This document shows, piece after piece, positions 1 through 11,995 of a stretch of 64,000 nt of DNA. The notes under the pieces are model-generated. The model worked only from the letters and a program-made list of their open reading frames with translations. It made no database searches and had not been told where the DNA came from. Both the position numbers and the translations under genes were made by a program. Position 1 is the first letter of the stretch. Every line of letters begins with the position of its first letter. The DNA lies in assembly GCA_002269645.1 (NCBI GenBank), contig NIVC01001774.1, positions 1-64,000 of the forward strand, given 5' to 3'. Source of the DNA: Macrostomum lignano (lineage: Eukaryota).

Positions 1-94
1 TTTTGTATTGGAGTGCTTAGAAAGGAGTGCTCAGTCTGTATGGTAAGGAGTTATGATACAAGCCATGAAATATTAGTACAACAGTTGGGATGGA

Positions 95-350
95 ATGCTC
101 GGAATAGAGTACTTAGAGAGGAGAGTGCCCAGGAAGGATGGAATGCTCAGAATAGAGTGCTTAGAGAGGAGAGTGCTCAGGCAGGATGAGATGCTTGGAA
201 TAGAGTGCTTAGAGAGGAGAGTGCTCAGGCAGGATGATGCTTGGAATAGAGTGCTTAGAGAGGAGAGTGCTCAGGCAGGATGAGATGCTTGGAATAGAGT
301 GCTTAGAGAGGAGAGTGCTCAGGCAGGATGAGATGCTTGGAATAGAGCTC
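95..350. repeat. 48-bp minisatellite (also 11603-11858)
   Basis: Unit GAGAGGAGAGTGCTCAGGCAGGATGAGATGCTTGGAATAGAGTGCTTA; 16-aa periodicity in the overlapping ORFs. Confidence 0.95.
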
Positions 351-1174
351 TTAAACATCCTTTCGTGGTCAGCAATCTTAATAAGATATAAAAAATGTAG
401 TCAACCTTGACAACAAAAAAAGAGTTTACTTAGGCAAGTCCCGCAAAGCAAACACAAAACTACAAGGAAAGCACTCACCGTCCATTGCAACAGCTGCTAG
501 CGCCTATAAAAACTACGCTGATTTTCAGGTATACGAGCTAGACAGCGTCTCGGGTAGCAACTAAATTTTGTCTCTTTATATGCGATGGAGAGCGAGGCTG
601 CGAAGAGACGTCAGGTAGGTGGACGGAACGCTTCTAGATTCCTCTCACCTTGCGTCCTCGTCTTCCCTAACCTCCGCCCGACCCTCCGGCCGATCATTTC
701 TCCCCCATCGGAGCGTGTTATTTTCGAAGCGGCCCGGGCGTTGCTAGGGGCAACGTCCCCTTGGACTCGGTACTCGAGTTCAGGCGAGGCAAGACAGGTG
801 CAAAAGAGATGAGAAGAAGCGAGAGGCAGGCCAGGAAGACTGGAACTGTCTACCGAATCCCATGGAATATTTGACTCACCTGTCGTGTCTTGGCTTGATT
901 AGGCCGGCTCTACAAGGCGATTCGAGAGGAACTTCTAATTAACAAAATCCCTAGGGGCCAAAATTCGGCTGGAGCTTTCGAGTGACGAATTTCTGTTTTG
1001 GCGCCTTACCGGCCCCTAGCCGGTATATACTTTATACGGCCCCTAAATTTACATAATTTACAAAAATTATGTAAATTTATCTCTGCTCCCTTCTGGATCG
1101 CTTTTACAAGCTCGAATCAGTAGCTTCAGTTTTGCGCTAGCGGAAGTGACTAACTAGCAAGAGCTTTCGACGCT

Positions 1175-1325
1175 GTGAAGTTTGGAGCTTGTGAAGTTTG
1201 GAGTTTGTGGAGTTTGAAGTTTGTGGAGTTTGGAGCTTGTGAAGTTTGGAGTTTGTGGAGTTTGGAGTTTGTGGAGTTTGGAGCTTGTGAAGTTTGGAGT
1301 TTGTGGAGTTTGGAGTTTGTGGAGT
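1175..1325. repeat. GAGTTTG/GAGCTTGTG compound simple repeat (also 12687-12837; expanded to ~1.6 kb at 17015-18597)
   Basis: Direct reading; produces the spurious KLHKLQTPQ/SLWSLE ORFs. Confidence 0.95.
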
Positions 1326-2074
1326 CTCAATCTTGGGAAGTCTCAATCTTGGGAAGTCTCAATCTTGTGAAACGACCGTTCCTTATCTACTACACTTCAT
1401 CGCCCCATAGTCCCAACCTAAGCCTAAACTGCAGTGTACGCTCATAAATTCACTTTGCCCCTGGTCCTTTCTCTCTAACCATTTCATTCTCCATTGCAAG
1501 TATTACGAGCGTAATTGCAGATTTCGCGTCCTGACAAATAAATAAAATTTATGAAAAATCACTGCCAATCATTTCGATTGTTAAAATATGAGCGCAGTCT
1601 GCTCACTCCGATTCAGCAGAGTTTAAATTAGATCGACATGTCGAAGTGATGTAATAAGGAATCATATAGTTTATTTCTGTGTTGCATCACAATAAAGCCA
1701 TTAAACAATAGAAAAAGCACAATACTAACAAAGATTCGAATTGGTTTGTTCAATTAGCTGAGTAGCATCAGTAGGAATTACGTGCGTGTACGAGAATTGA
1801 TAAAGACTGACAAAACAATAGTATAGTTACCACAATCAATGCCTGCGTTGAAAAAACTATTTTGATTGCCTAATTCTCAGGAAAGCTATCAGAATCACGT
1901 GACGCAGCCAAGATTTCAAGTCAGTTACAGCAAACAACCTAAAAACCCTGGCCAACTTTGCGCCCCTTAAGTTTTTTAACTAAATTTTATTGCCCAAATG
2001 CTGACGCACACTAGGTCTACGAAACAATAAAGTTATCTGTCACATTGATAAACTTAAGATGAGTTTGTCCCGTG

Positions 2075-2400
2075 CCCTGCCTCTTCTCTACCCCATTTTA
2101 TTGTCCTACAGTCACACCTTAAGTCTAAACCGCAATGTACATTATCTGCCGTCTCCCGCCTTGATAAATGTACGCTCGTACATCAAATCAGTCCTGTCCC
2201 AGTCTCTTCTCTATCCAATTTTATTGCCCTACAGTCACACCCCTAAGTCTAAACCGCAATGTACATTACCTGCCGTCTCCCGCCTTGATAAATGTACGCT
2301 CGTACATCAAATCAGTCCTGTCCCAGTCTCTTCTCTATCCAATTTTATTGCCCTACAGTCACACCCCTAAGTCTAAAACGCAAAGTACATTACCTGCCGC
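2075..2400. repeat. ~124-bp tandem repeat, ~3 units (about 2 units at 13585-13790, about 9 at 19330-20390)
   Basis: CTACAGTCAC recurs at 2106, 2229 and 2353. Confidence 0.92.
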
Positions 2401-3463
2401 CTTGATCGATTTACATCAAATCGGTTCTGGCCCTGTCTTTTCTCTACCCTATATTATTGCTCTATAGTCACACACTATAGTCATCTCCTGGTTGCCTCAA
2501 TTGCGATCTAGAAGGGGTAGGTTTTAATGGTCAGCTGACTCTCCATGATAAAACTATAATTTGTGTCACATGAGCTCTGGAAACGAAAAAATCTATAATT
2601 AGACCTTTTGAGTAGCTAGATTGCCCTAAAAGTGTCGAAAACGTGCAATTAATTCACGACGTATTATTTACTGCTTTTGGCAGTAGCAGATCTGGGAGTG
2701 TAAAGGGGGTGTCAGCTGACCCGTTTTAAGGAGAGCAAACCTTAGCAGCCAATTTGACAGAAACTGTATACAGCAATTCAGTAACAGCTGGTTAATTGTA
2801 ACAAAAAAGCATCGACTAGAATCAGGAATGAGCAGTCAACAATAGAGATTGCATGATAAAAAAATGAGTGTTGAAATAAAAAACGGCAATCAAGGTCTCC
2901 GCACATTCGTATGGGAAATGAATCAGAGCCGGTAGACGCATGGCTTTGGTGGAATTATTCGCATTCTTGGAAATCAAAACAGTGTTAATCCGTTTTTATC
3001 AACAAGTAGACAGATGCAAGCAGCGGAAAAGAGGGATGAGAAGTGCGGAACAGCAGAAGAAAATGCGATATTAAAAAACACTAGAAGAAAAGTAAGACGT
3101 TGATACTAACGATTTACATAGGAGAAAAAAGCAATTAAAAAACGCGAGCTCAATACTATAAGTACTTGTAAAGCAAAACAGCAACGAAAAGCGATAAAAG
3201 GAGTGTTCGAAAAACAGATTCAATTACTCCGTCTTGAGTAACAACAACGCTCAACAGGAACAAGAGAGAGAGACAGAGAAAATATGCATCGTTTTGACTT
3301 GAATACTATCGTTATAGTGCAAAAGTGTGTGCGTGCCAGATTACACTACTTATAGTAGGCAAGTAGCACATTTTAGATGTTTATTAGAAGATTACGAAAA
3401 TACGACAATATGTTTTTGTGTACTTTTTTAGGCCAAAAAAGCATTTTGTTCGAAAACTTCGAA

Positions 3464-3995
<532 letters not shown>

Positions 3996-4025
3996 TCAAA
4001 TTGTCCAAGAAATTCCACTCCGCAG

Positions 4026-7000
4026 CTTCAAGCCAGTCTGCCTGAACGGCCAGCCGACCTGCCTGCCGGACATGAACTGCCAGCGTCTCTACACCGAGTG
4101 GTCGGCCTGGTCGGCTTGCTCAGCCGCCTGCGGCGAGGGTCTCAGCCACCGAACTCGCCAGCTGCTGCAGGAGGGCCGCCGGCCAGCCGGCTGCGGCAAG
4201 TCGGACCTGATCGAGACGCGCCACTGCAACGCCCGCCGTGCGGCTACGCTTGCAAAGATCGGAATGGCGACTTGTACACCGAGGGACAGGCTATGCCGGC
4301 GCTGGACCAGTGCTCCATGTGGTGAGCTCAAGCTCTTCATGCATGTACACCCGTGCATCTCCTACATGCGTGTCTAATAGTGAGATTCGATCTGGCCTGG
4401 ACCTCAGCATGCAGTTAGATACAGACGTTCGAAATCATATTTAATCAACTACAAGCCTCACCCTTTTAATGTCGGTGGTGACTTTTAATGTCGGTTGGTG
4501 ACTTTTAATGTCGGTTGGTGACTTTTAATGTCGGTGGTGACTTCTAATGTTGTCAAGCATTCCGCAACCTTTATTGCACGCATTATATTGGAGATTACAC
4601 TATTTATTTTTTAATACTGTACGCGTATGCGTAATTCCAAACTGTTTCTCGCACAGACAGCATTATTAACATCCTCAACCAACTGCAGCTTCTGCCGCGC
4701 CAATCGCACCGAGTGTGTCAGCAAGGCGAAGGTAGGCGAGCCGGTGCCCACCCCGGTCTGGTCGGCCTGGTCAACCTGGAGCTCCTGCGTCAGCGCGGCT
4801 GCCAACAACCGACGCCAGGAGCGGCGCCGCCGGTGCGTGCGCATCTGTCCAGACGACCCCAGGAAGTGCGGAGAGTTCTTCGACAAGGAGGAATCGGTCG
4901 AATGGAAGGCTTGCCTTCCCAAAACACCGCGTAAGCACTTTGAAATGACAGTGTTGGGACGGGTGGGGGTCGCAACTCTCCCATTTCTACCGCAGCTCAG
5001 CGCTGCTTCAAGCGTACTAACCGATATCAACTCAGCTTAACTTGCATGTTCTGGCGACCTCTCTTCTCCCCAGTTCTGAAACGAGACTGCATTGTGTCGC
5101 CGGATTGGATCGAGGGCACCTGCTACGCCAACTGCATGGTCCGCTCCGCTGTGGCCAGAGGATTCCGCACTCTCTACCGGCGAATCCTTCAGCTGCCGGC
5201 GAACGGAGGCGCTCCGTGCCCCGAGCTGCGCCGCGAAGACGTGCCGTGCACGAAGACCTGCCCAGTCGACTGCTCGCAGACCGCCTGGTCTGCCTGGGGC
5301 GCCTGCGTCCGCGCCTCCAACTCCGGCTGCTCCGGCCTGCAAGTGCGGTCGCGCGGCGTCTTAGTGCCGCCCGCCAACGGAGGCCGCGCCTGCGAGGACG
5401 CCAAGCAGCTTCGGTCCTGTCTGGCGCCCGGCTGCCAGACCAGCGCCTGTCGGGCTCCAATGACGAAGCAGCCGCTACAGCAGAGCCGATGCATCGTCCG
5501 CTGCTCTGATCTGGCCAGCGAAGACAAGTGCGCGCCAGTCCAGGCTGCCAACGCTGCGGCCGTCAATGCAACAGTGTGTGCCTGTCCTGCTGGCCAGTAC
5601 GAACAGGACGGTCGCTGCGTGGCCAAGCAGGCCTGCCGATGCCGCTGGAACGAGGAACTGATGGGCCAGCGAAGTCCCGGCACCAGGGAGGAGTTCGCAG
5701 CCGGGGAGCGGCTTGTCATGGGCTGCAAGAACTGGTGAGCGGCGGTGAACTCTTCTGCACTTACTAAATACCCATTGAAGCACATGTACTACTGTTCAAA
5801 CAACCAATGTACTGACTGCATAGTGGCCTATCCTGCAATCAGAGAATACAGATGATTGTAAGGTGGCTTAGACCACTGCCACAAATCAAGACGACATGAC
5901 AGTCGACCCCTGAACACCCCACCCGGATGCGTATGCGGGCTCACACAGGGTGTACAGTAGGGGGCGTAGCCTAGCGGTCTAACGCAGCGCTCTGATGTTT
6001 CAGCGGCCCAGGCTCGATTCCAAGTCCAGTCATAATAATTTGGGGTTAAATTGGAATCTCGGCTTGGCTCTGCTCGTGCAATTAACGGCCAGCTTGAGGG
6101 CCAACCTCCAAGGCACAGTGAAGTGTATATGCCTAACGATAAATAAAGTCAGGGCCGCTGTACACTCCTGTGTGAGTGTGTGCCTGTGCGTATGACTGCG
6201 TACGTATCCTTGCGCTTGTGTGCCTGCTCAGGGGATGCTCAGTGCATACTACTAGCACACAGCCTACCTTCCTCTGCCTCTAATACAGGGTGTACTGCAC
6301 CCCTGACATTCTTATCGTCAGGAGTGTACACTTTTTGTAGCTTTTGTGGGTTGCCCTTTATTGGCCAGAATAGTGCAGAAAACTCTGGGCCAATATTCGT
6401 GCACTAAAGCCCCAAGTTGAGTGTGGCTCACTCACGGAATTTAACCCATGGGGCCGTATGGCGCGAGGGTCGGACGCGTTTACCGCTGAGCAGCCCCCAC
6501 CCATGTAAAGGTGGCTACCTGATTGCTAATTATCGTTACTCTGCCGGTATTTAACAGCACCTGCCAGGACGGAGTGTTCAAGTGCAACCGGCTGTCGAGC
6601 TGCTCGGACGAGTGCCACTGGTCCAACTGGCGTCCCGAAGGCAAATGCACCGCCGGCTGCCGGCTCAAGCCGGGCCTGCAGAAGTTTGTGCGCTCGCCGA
6701 GAAACTCGGACTACCTGCCGACTAAGGCCTGCCAGGGACCGTCGGTGAAATACGAGCTGTGCAGCTCAACTCGAAGCTGCGGTAAGTGTGCAAAAAATAT
6801 GAAACTTTTGTCTAAATGTCAATCTACAAATGAGTACTAAGTCTCTCTAAACTTTCCGATCTCTAAGTTGTGTACCGCACAAAATGCAATAAGCATCAGC
6901 CCGGTAGCAGACCCTAAATTTCAGCTGCCGTCATCCAGATTCATAAGCCCTAATCTTTCCAATTCCTAACTGACAACGCCTTGAAAGCTCAATAAAACAG

Positions 7001-8868
7001 TTAAGGGTTCAGGGGGGTTCTAGTTTAGTGGTGAGAGTGTCGGACTCGCGACTTGAAGGTCGGGGGTTCGATTCCCGATCCCACTGGGAACAATTTGTGT
7101 CCTTAAGCAAGGCACTTAACTCTGCATTGCTTCAGTTCACCCAGCTTTAAAATGGTGCCAGCATTAGCTGGGGTAATTGAGGGTGCGTGGCGACCCCCCA
7201 GTCCTTGGACTGAACAGCCTTCAGATGCGCCGCGCAATAGCTGCGGCTGAGCTGTAGGTTGCACATCTGGCCCAATTGGGGCAGGTGTAATCAAGTACGA
7301 TTATTTATGGTTATTATTAATTGGTTTATAAAACGCTTAGGCGCTGGGAAGTGTTGCCTCATAGGCGTCGCCCTTCATCCTCACTTCCCCTTCCCGTCCA
7401 TCCAGACTCGCTGTGCCCCAGCGGACAGCGCTACAACGAATTTGGCGAGTGCGATGAGCAGTGCTACTCAGCGGGCAGCCTCGGACAGCCGCAGCGTCAG
7501 CGCTGCCCAGAGCAGGCCTGCGTCTGCGCGCGCGGTCTGGTGAAACGTGGCGACTCGTGCGTGCCCAAATCCGAGTGCTACAAGTGCTCCAGCGGCAATA
7601 CTACTCTGCCGGTGAGTAGTTAAGTGGTACACGTGTAGGATTTTAATAATTTTGCTTTCGGAAGTTTGACCCGCTGCTTATATATACTACTAGGAATATC
7701 AGCATGTAGCCTGTAGGCCAAGCGTCATTCAGAACAAACAATTCATTCGCATTTTTCATTTAAACAGGACGGCGGCTACTCCGTGGACTTGGCAGCCTGC
7801 CAGATTGTCACCTGCGACAAGGGCAGAACAAGCGCTGTGCCGCTCAGCGTCGACCAGATGCCGGCCTGCAGTCTGGAGGACGAACGGATCGCCCAGTCAG
7901 CGCCAGTAAGCACCTGTTTAGCTGCTTTTCTGCTCGCGTGAATGTTGCAGTCTGGCTTAGGAGGCAAGTCTTAGTCTCACTCAGGGTGGTACAGTCTCAC
8001 TCAGGGAGGTACAGTCTCACTCAGGGAGGTACAGTCTCACTCAGGGAGGCACGGTCTCACTCAGGGAGGCACAGTCTCACTCAGGGAGGCACAGTCTCAC
8101 TCAGGGAGGTACAGTCTCACTCAGGGAGGTACAGTCTCACTCAGGGAGGCACAGTCTCACTCAGGGAGGCACAGTCTCACTCAGGGAGGTACAGTCTCAC
8201 TCAGGGAGGCACAGTCTCACTCAGGGAGGCACAGTCTCACTCAGGGAGGCACAGTCTCACTCAGGGGGTACAATCTCATTCAGGGAGGTACAATCTCACT
8301 CAGGGAGGTACAGTCTCACTCAATGAGGCAGGGTTCCGAGATTTTGTCGATGGTCAAAACCATCCACATATGTGACACTTTATCACAAAATGTTAGTAAT
8401 GTGCACTCCATATGCCCAAACAGAAAGTAGCATAGTATGCATAGAATCTATTTAATGCAACACGACCGTTCGCACCGCCAGAAGGCGAAGGACCCCAACC
8501 GCTGCTGCTACCGGGCTTCGGCTTCCGCCTGCTCGCGCGAGGAGGTGTCAATCTCGAAGTTGGACGACTCCTGCCTGCTGACTTCGCCAATCCGGGTGCC
8601 GCACTGCCGCGGCCAGTGTCCGCAGGCGTCGCCGCTGATCGCGCCGCGACGTTCCGACGTTGTCGCCGCCGAGGTCGCAGCCGCCGACAGCAGCCAGGTG
8701 TACCTGTTGAAGCTGCCAGGCGCTCACTGCACCGGCTGCCTGCCTGACAGGGTGCAGTACTCGCCCACTACGCTGACAGTGAAGTGCAAATCTGGCGAGA
8801 GTCGCCAGCTTCGGATGCCGATCGTGGGCGCGTGCCACTGCAAGCAGGTGCCGTGCCCATCCACCTGA
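4026..8868 (+). CDS. SCO-spondin-like secreted cysteine-rich protein, 3' part (TSP1 repeats, TIL-like domain, C-terminal cystine knot); 5' end not found in the window
   Basis: GT-AG exons 4026-4321, 4689-4930, 5074-5734, 6558-6781, 7406-7611, 7768-7905, 8482-8868, with consistent phases 2/1/2/1/0/0. TSP1 motifs WSAWSACSAACG and WSAWGAC..R.R; TIL-like CPSGQRYNEFGECDEQC; CTCK-like C..C..HCRGQC..C..GACHC before the stop. One missing C at ~4232 shifts the frame in the first exon. Confidence 0.8.
5958..6150 (+). mobile_element. tRNA-derived SINE-like unit (second family), flanked by an 18/19-bp inverted repeat
   Basis: A-box TAGCCTAGCGG at 5967-5977, B-box-like GGCTCGATTCC at 6011-6021, A-rich end near 6140-6147. 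No complete tRNA cloverleaf. Confidence 0.5.
7012..7290 (+). mobile_element. tRNA-derived SINE, copy 1 (in an intron of the spondin-like gene)
   Basis: tRNA-like head (TAGTTTAGTGG A-box, GGTTCGATTCCC B-box), central TGTGTCCTTAAGCAAGGCACTTAAC segment; collinear and highly similar to 53782-54080. Confidence 0.85.
7972..8320. repeat. 19-bp minisatellite CAGTCTCACTCAGGGAGG(T/C)A
   Basis: Direct reading; fills the last intron of the spondin-like gene. Confidence 0.95.
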
Positions 8869-9519
8869 ACCACCCAGCTGACAACATTAGATTGAGGATA
8901 CTAATCAGATTTATTAACTCTCTAGAGAACCTGAATCCGGTGGTTGGTTTGACAAAAACTTATCTCATAGATTATTAATCTAAAGCAGAGATTAATGTCT
9001 CAATGCTGTTTTGTTAAAACTTTTCCCTACTACTTCTAGTAATATTGTTTGGTATTAACTGCAATCCATCAGGCTAATGTGTAGAAAAAAAGACGTTAAA
9101 ATGAATTGGGAATAGCATTTGTTTAAACAAAAAGTGCTTAGCACAAGACACAGAATCACACAACATCAATAGACAAGCTGTGAAGGACTGCGTGATACCA
9201 AACTAAACTATAGCTGTGTTCCATCGAACGAAACCTAATCTAAACTCTAAACTATTCAATACTGCGGATATTTAACATTTGACAGGCAAAACTTTGGTTG
9301 AAGAGATCCCCGAAAAAAATTCATCGATTTTTGTTGTGCTACTGTCGAAAGAAAGATTTTTATTTTGATTGGGCTGAAAAATAGTAATTAAAATTAAAGG
9401 TTATTACTCTGTCATCCACAAATATACTTTAAAATATTTTATCAAGTGCGACGATTAAACAACAAGTAATATAATCTGTCTTTTAACAAAAAATTTTTCT
9501 CAAAAAACAAGGGACACTC

Positions 9520-9717
9520 ACCTCACGCTTCGCCTAACTATGAACCTTATCTCCTCCTGACACCCACTTACGCTTCGCCTAACTATGAACCTTATCTCCT
9601 CCTGACACCCACTTACGCTTCGCCTAACTATGAACCTTACCCCCTCCTGACACCCACCTCACGCTTCGCCTAGCTCAGACCCTACTCCCTCCTGACACCC
9701 ACCTCACGCTTCGCCTC
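9520..9717. repeat. ~44-bp tandem repeat, ~4.5 units (ACGCTTCGCCTAACTATGAACCTTATCTCCTCCTGACACCCACTT)
   Basis: Direct reading. Confidence 0.9.
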
Positions 9718-10304
9718 TAAGACCCTAGAGTTATAAAACGTCGCGAAAATAAAAATTCCACTCGGGCTTAAAATCCTGTCCCTGGTAGGGACGGCAACTG
9801 TTGAGACAAGGAACACTAGAAGTTACCGTACAACGGAAATCGCTTGCTTGTGTTGAGACTTGAGATTTAGGTGCTATCAGTAATCGGAACGAAACACGTC
9901 AGCAAGGCTATAAATACGAGGAATGGAACAATTATTTAACCGAACTGAGAGCAGAGAATTGAATACAGTGTCTGCGCGTAATTAAAAGTGCCTGCAAAGG
10001 GCGACCGAGTGTGATCGGGAACGGAGAGCTATTATTAGCATGCTGCAATTATGAGAAATGAAGTTGCTCTGACGAGCTGGATTCTATTTTTAACTTAACT
10101 ACAACTCGGTTCACTTAAACAGTAAAGTAATTAATTGCCGCGTAAATATTTGTAATAGAAGAATAAAAATATTTTGTATTTGTCATTTACTCACACTAGA
10201 CGCGAGTAGAGGGGCGCTACACTTCTTAAATAATGTAAATAAAAATAATGTCTTTAGATGTAGTGTCTACAGATGTTACCATATCGTTCAGTCAAAAACA
10301 TTTT

Positions 10305-11130
10305 TATGGTAGAACGCTATCTATCGAGTGTCTATGGTACAGCTATCTATCGAGTGTCTATGGTAAAGCTATCTATCGAGTGTCTATGGTACAGCTATCT
10401 ATCGAGTGTCTATGGTAAAGCTATCTATCGAGTGTCTATGGTACAGCTATCTATCGAGTGTCTATGGTAAAGCTATCTATCGAGTGTCTATGGTAAAGCT
10501 ATCTATCGAGTGTCTATGGTACAGCTATCTATCGAGTGTCTATGGTAAAGCTATCTATCGAGTGTCTATGGTACAGCTATCTATCGAGTGTCTATGGTAC
10601 AGCTATCTATTGAGCGTCTATGGTACAGCTATCTATCGAGTGTCTATGGTACAGCTATCTATCGAGTGTCTATGGTACAGCTATCTATCGAGTGTCTATG
10701 GTAAAGCTATCTATCGAGTGTCTATGGTACAGCTATCTATTGAGCGTCTATGGTACAGCTATCTATCGAGTGTCTATGGTACAGCTATCTATCGAGTGTC
10801 TATGGTAAAGCTATCTATCGAGTGTCTATGGTAAAGCTATCTATCGAGTGTCTATGGTAAAGCTATCTATCGAGTGTCTATGGTAAAGCTATCTATCGAG
10901 TGTCTATGGTAAAGCTATCTATCGAGTGTCTATGGTACAGCTATCTATCGAGTGTCTATGGTAAAGCTATCTATCGAGTGTCTATGGTAAAGCTATCTAT
11001 CGAGTGTCTATGGTAAAGCTATCTATCGAGTGTTTATGGTAAAGCTATCTATCGAGTGTCTATGGTAAAGCTATCTATCGAGTGTCTATGGTACAGCTAT
11101 CTATCGAGTGTCCATGGTAAAGCTATCTAT
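10305..11130. repeat. 26-bp minisatellite GCTATCTATCGAGTGTCTATGGTA(A/C)A, ~31 units
   Basis: Direct reading; 26-aa periodicity in the overlapping ORFs. Confidence 0.95.
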
Positions 11131-11195
11131 GGAGTGTCATTGTTGATGGACTATCAACAGGAGTTGCATTCGCTTAATCACCGCTCAATGAAAAT

Positions 11196-11995
11196 TTATT
11201 CAGCAGAGCCGCCAGGAGCTCGTGCCTTGCTAGACTCAGCCAGGTGCTGGCCCCTGTCAATCTTGATCATCGGGCTCACGTATTCCGTCAGATCGGCAGC
11301 CACGTGAATCTCGTCGTCCTTCTTATCGGTCGAAGCGGTCGGATTTTTTTCGATCTTTTCTGTTTTAGCTGAAGAAGATGCGGCCGCAGCAGCCGCAGCC
11401 GCTGCTGTCACATCCTCGGAGGCCGCGCCGCTGAGAGCCATGTCCAAGGGGTTCGAGTACAGAGTGACATCGGCCGCGATCATGAAGTCTGGGGAGTAGA
11501 ACAGTTGCTTTTGTATTGGAGTGCTTAGAAAGGAGTGCTCAGTCTGTATGGTAAGGAGTTATGATACAAGCCATGAAATATTAGTACAACAGTTGGGATG
11601 GAATGCTCGGAATAGAGTACTTAGAGAGGAGAGTGCCCAGGAAGGATGGAATGCTCAGAATAGAGTGCTTAGAGAGGAGAGTGCTCAGGCAGGATGAGAT
11701 GCTTGGAATAGAGTGCTTAGAGAGGAGAGTGCTCAGGCAGGATGAGATGCTTGGAATAGAGTGCTTAGAGAGGAGAGTGCTCAGGCAGGATGAGATGCTT
11801 GGAATAGAGTGCTTAGAGAGGAGAGTGCTCAGGCAGGATGAGATGCTTGGAATAGAGCTCTTAAACATCCTTTCGTGGTCAGCAATCTTAATAAGATATA
11901 AAAAATGTAGTCAACCTTGACAACAAAAAAAGAGTTTACTTAGGCAAGTCCCGCAAAGCAAACACAAAACTACAAGGAAAGCACTCACCGTCCAT
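11196..11995 (-). CDS. Putative small orphan protein (~99 aa, MDDFMIAADVTLYSNPL...GGSAE) with an internally duplicated motif
   Basis: Model join(11989-11995, 11196-11488): ATG GAC G|GTGAGT donor, then a phase-1 acceptor ctactccccag|AC. In-frame stop upstream of the ATG, GC-rich coding-like codon usage, 48-bp minisatellite in the intron. No family recognised; the 3' end could instead splice at TAC|GTGAGC. Confidence 0.5.

Noticed and set aside
4220-4245. Spondin-like gene as a pseudogene because of the frameshift
   Set aside because: It is a single missing C in a C run, in a segment with several such deletions relative to its duplicate. All other exons and splice sites are intact.
10305-11130. 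CRISPR-like appearance of regular 26-55-bp repeats
   Set aside because: Units are head-to-tail with no unique spacers, the context is eukaryotic, and there are no cas genes.
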